Under the pieces are notes generated by a model that worked only from the letters and a program-made list of their open reading frames with translations, did not search any database and was not told where the DNA came from. A stretch of DNA of 63,315 nt, the filler included, from Kipferlia bialata (lineage: Eukaryota): the NCBI GenBank assembly GCA_003568945.1. It is 4 parts of 4 records of this genome, joined end to end, with 100 filler letters (N's around TTAATTAATTAA, not from the genome) between each part and the next. Parts side by side here need not be neighbours in the genome. Positions count along the whole stretch, not along the records: positions 54,143 to 60,801 come from BDIP01000052.1; positions 60,902 to 63,315 come from BDIP01000144.1; 2 more parts are not named here. One strand, given 5' to 3'. Shown here in pieces: positions 59,325 to 63,315 of the stretch; position 1 is the first letter of the stretch; the number at the start of each line of letters is the position of its first letter. A program made the position numbers and the translations under genes.

Positions 59325-60691
59325 TCAGTACATGAATGCCTCGTGCCTTGTAGCCTTGGTCTGGGGCTTCAGCTTGTCACTGTTCTTGGCAATCATGTGG
59401 TACAGGGTCAGCAGGTTGGCGTGCATATCTCTGAAGAAGATCTGGCACCCAATCATCTCCTGACGGTGAGGATATATTTGGGGAAAGCTACTCCCTATAT
59501 CTCTTAGTATGCATAGACCCACCTTGTAGTCCAGTTCCCTCAGTGATATCAGGAGGTCCCTGTTGCCATTCTTGCCTAGCTGGGATGAGGAAGATGAGAA
59601 GACGGAGCATACACTTCGACACTGTCACCGAGATAGAGTATCTTAATAGAGTACATATGTAACTACCACTTCGGACACCACCCATACACGCCACCACCCA
59701 CCTCCTGGACGAGTGCCGCCCTGACCGAGTGGTAGACAGCCTGACCCCCAGAGGCAGAGTGGGAGATCTCCTGAGGGGTGAGGGGTGGGTTAGGGACATG
59801 AGACAGGTACCAATACATATACATACTCATCCCTCATACATAGTACTACTATACATATACATCCATCCCCCACCTCCACCCTGTGCAGGTCATCGATGAT
59901 GCTGCCCTGTACGGCCACTGCCCAGTTGCCCCCATCCGAGGCCTCGGGTATCACGGCCTGGCCCCACCTCTTGATCCTGGGGGTGAGGAGGGGGGGGGGG
60001 GGGATGATACGTATTTGTCAGTAACTATATATATATACCCACACCCACCTGTGGCATGGCTGTGCTATGTCTCTGGTCACACTCCTGATCTCTGTGTGCA
60101 GGTCAACAACCTCCTGGGGTGAGAGGGTAATGGGATGGATGATACATTCATTGTCCTCACATATACACCCATACAGACACACCCACCTTTGGGGGTGTGG
60201 CGAGTATGGCCATGGCCTCCTTGCTCAGCTTGGGCTTGTTCTTCTCCTTCTTCTCCTTCTCCTCATCCGTCTCGTCACTGTCATCACTGTCCTCAGAGGG
60301 GGAGGGCAGGGCGTCAAGCTCTGGGGGTGGGGGAGGGTGAGAGAGACTCTAACTCAATACACAGTACTTGAACGCTATTGTTGTACACATATGAATACAC
60401 ATACTCCACACTGGGTACTGGTATACACACCTGGCCCCACTACCATCAGCTCCCTCTGCCTCTTCTCGAGGAATGCCTGCAGGAATGGGGGACACATGTC
60501 ATCACCCTTGAGCCGGGCTGGGGTGAGGGCCATGGATGGTATAGGTAGGACAATCACAATAACTACACACAGTTAGTAGATATAGTGGGTATATCTGAAC
60601 CTGAGAACTTGCACACCAGCTGTGGGATGATCTCATTCATGGCGGTGTGGGCATCCTTCTCCCAGGAGGTCACGATGCTGGCAACACTGGC
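59325..60691 (-). CDS. Proteasome activator PA28/REG (PSME-like), 5'-truncated
   Basis: IKRWGQAVIPEASDGGNWAVAVQ (cf. VKMWIQLLIP.IEDGNNFGV.IQ) and DLLISLRELDYKE......RDMHANLLTLYHMIAKN.DKLKP (cf. ELDEKE...RN.Y..L.D.I.KN.EK...P), with a charged insert between the domains. Confidence 0.8.
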
Positions 60692-60801
60692 CTGACGGGT
60701 TAGCAGAGGTGTAGAGTATACATGTGTTGCTGAATAGTGGGTCCTTGGGGGAAGAGGGAGGGGGGGGGGGGGGGGGGGGGGGGGGCCCAAAAGAAAAAAA
60801 A

Positions 60802-60901
60802 NNNNNNNNNNNNNNNNNNNNNNNNNNNNNNNNNNNNNNNNNNNNTTAATTAATTAANNNNNNNNNNNNNNNNNNNNNNNNNNNNNNNNNNNNNNNNNNN
60901 N
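60802..60901. other. Artificial scaffold linker N44-TTAATTAATTAA-N44
   Basis: Identical to the other linkers. Confidence 0.97.
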
Positions 60902-60974
60902 AAAACCCATCATGTCTTCATGAAAATACATTCCCCCCAGCCCCCCCCCCCCCCTCACCTCTCCTCACTTCCAG

Positions 60975-61959
60975 GCAACATGGTGCGTGTGTTCAAGGAC
61001 AAGCCACCCCAGGCCCTGCCAGCTAGCATGAGACCGGACAAGAAGGTGTGTAGAGACAGTCTATATAGCGGTTGATAATATCTCTGACCATACCCCCTCT
61101 CACCCCAGAATGGCGACTGTGCCCATGGCATGAATGCCCAGTACGGGTGCAGAGACCTCACCAAGCTGGCCTCCTACGACCCCAACAAGCCCGAGGTGAG
61201 ATGTGGGAGTGAGACTTGGATAGATTGGCAACATGGATAGTAGTAACTGGTTCATCCCGCTGACCCCAGGCCTGGTTTGGAAATGAGATCAACATGGGAT
61301 GCGGTAGCTGGAGGGACCTCTTCTCCATCGTACTGCTCACAGGTATGTGGTATACAGCGGTGCAACCCCTCGCTGTAAGTAGTACTCTAGTCAATCCCTC
61401 TCCATTAGTCCCCTAACGCCCAGGTGCCGACCCCGAGGAGAAGGCTCTCTTCTACGGCATGCCTGCTGCAGCCGTGCTTGCCAAGCTAGTGATCGACAGA
61501 GAGCTGGCCGAGCTGCCCCCTGCCTCTGACGCAGACGCCAAGGTACGGGCATGTGTGTATACACATCTACCACCCACATACTGCCGCAGTACCTCACCCC
61601 AGACCCCCGGTGTGTGGCCCAGGAACAAGTTTGCCATTGAGGCCTCAGACCTAGTCGACCCCAACACTGTGACGCAGAAGAACACCAACATTGCCTTCCA
61701 CCCCTCCTGGAGACTGCTCGGCACAGACGACGAGACTGTGTTTGTGCTGCCCCCTGCGCTCGTGCTCTACTCGGAGCTGGTGCACGTCAGAAGGTATGGG
61801 GCGCTGTGTGTATGTGTATACGTATGTATATCCCCCCCTCTCTCTGACCCCAGGGTGCACAAGGAGGCTGACATGGGCAGGGACAGAGACCTCGTTGCCA
61901 TCAAGAGAGGCTGGCTCTGCGTCAACGGTATGCTGGTCGGCAGTGAGAAGACAGAGTGA
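60975..61959 (+). CDS. C-terminal fragment, possibly the OB-fold region of a DEAH-box helicase
   Basis: Six in-frame exons; IAFHPS...PPALVLYSELVHV resembles DEAH V.IHPSS...P..V.Y.ELV.T. Confidence 0.45.
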
Positions 61960-62325
61960 GAGGTGCGATGGTGTATGGGGAGACGGATGTATCCCCAAGT
62001 GTGCCAATAGTGGATTGGTGCACACCCGAGAGCGACAACAAGATAGCTGCGGGAGATAATTGAGAAGTGTAAGCCGAAATGGGAGCGGTGTTGTGTGTGA
62101 GTGTTGAGTTCGTGTGTTTTAGGGTATGCGTGTCCAATGCTGTCTGTGTCCTATCGCGTTGTGTGCGGCATGGGGCTGCTGTATAAATCAAAAGTATATA
62201 CTGGGTAAGGTAGTAAAGGGTGCAATTGTTTGTTTCCCAAAAACGAAAAGGGGTGTAGGGAACATGGAAGCGGCACTGGGCTCTTACTCAAGAGCACTCT
62301 TTGAATCTAGGTTGTCTCTCCAGAG

Positions 62326-63205
62326 ATGGCAAGCGAGGAGGAGATCATCTTCCGCGGAGTGGAGCTGCTTGATGCCTACTCCGTGATGTTCCAGGTATTT
62401 GCCCTTGTGTGAACATATTGGTATACTTGTGCGCCAGTCTCACCCCTAGGGTTCCTTCAAGCTGAACCCCCGCGCCCTTGCCTTCCTCGGGAAGAGGGGC
62501 AGGGGGACCAAGGCCTCTGATGACAAGAAGCAGATCATCAACAAGGACAGGTAGGGCGTGTGCAGCTGGGTATAGATTCGCAGATCTCGGTACCGGTACC
62601 ATTTATGTGTGGATTATACTCTCGAGGATAGTGAATCAGAACCGTATCTCTTTGAGGTATCGAAGTGTGTGGTTTAGATATGAAGCACATAGAGTGCCCT
62701 GACTCCCATCTGTGGTATCTATCAGCACATCTCAATCCCGCCCCCTCCCCTCCCACACCAGGATCAAGTCCATTGTGTGGGTGGCCACGGGCAGGAGGAG
62801 AGAGGTGCAGCACGGGACAGCTGAGATGAGGGTCACGGTGCTCAACGGCACCACATACACATTCGGATGCCTGGAGAACGAGGAGAGGTACCGATACAAT
62901 GCTCTTACAGACTACTCTTTCCATCTTGCGTCTGACTCTGAAGGGACAAGGTTGCCGCCTACGTGTCTGAGTACTACCAGATGGATATGGAGACCGCAGA
63001 GATGGACGGCAGGGGGTGGAACTTCGGAGAGGTCCACGCCAAGGACCAGGTACTGGTGGTATATGCTCTGCCCCTCTCTCTGTCTCTCTCTGTGTGTGTA
63101 CCCCCCCCCCCCTTCCCTCACCCGCCAGGCCGTTGTATTCACTGGCGGTGAGGAGGACAACGAGACCTTCCACCTTCCCTACGGGTGCATCAAGAATGTA
63201 ACCAG
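62326..63205 (+). CDS. SSRP1: FACT complex subunit SSRP1/Pob3, N-terminal fragment
   Basis: GSFKL..., IKSIVW, YTFG, YY.MDME..EMDGRGWNFG, F......FHLPY match the Pob3/SSRP1 N-terminal PH domains (E.S..GWNWG, FEIP). Confidence 0.8.
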
Positions 63206-63315
63206 GTACGGAAGTGGTACCAGTAGTACACTCTCCTCTCTCAGCGCGACTCTCCCTCTCTCTCCCTCCCCCCCCCCCCCCCCCCCCCCCCGGACCGGAA
63301 GGGGCCACCCCCCCC

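Overview
Eukaryotic, very intron-rich protist genomic DNA. Short GT-AG introns with a CT(A/G/C)A(C/T) branch motif a few nt before the AG, and (TA)n/(GA)n-filled introns, suggest a free-living fornicate such as Kipferlia; this is inference from sequence style only. The window is four unrelated scaffolds concatenated with N44-TTAATTAATTAA-N44 linkers (1-28673, 28774-54042, 54143-60801, 60902-63315), plus two ~940-N gaps. Manual splicing gives about 26 genes or gene fragments: three tandem intronless surface-protein paralogues, a Prp39-like fragment, a prokaryote-type ferritin, a DRC1 fragment, an LRR protein, a divergent E2F/DP-like factor, a METTL25-like methyltransferase, a RAMP4-like protein with a long extension, an ATP6AP2-like protein, an amino-acid transporter fragment, a CFAP221-like fragment, Spb1/FTSJ3, a YIPF fragment, PA28, SSRP1/Pob3 and several hypotheticals. 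The most striking unexplained structure is a pervasive set of 'splice-junction echoes': introns carry partial copies of their own exon boundaries, often with intact branch+AG or GT signals, always lying inside the true sites (about 14 in ferritin alone). Also notable are an apparent GA-AG intron required to rebuild a SAM-binding motif, one hAT-like transposon end, and a cluster of tiny orphan genes. All gene identities come from motif recognition, not database searches.
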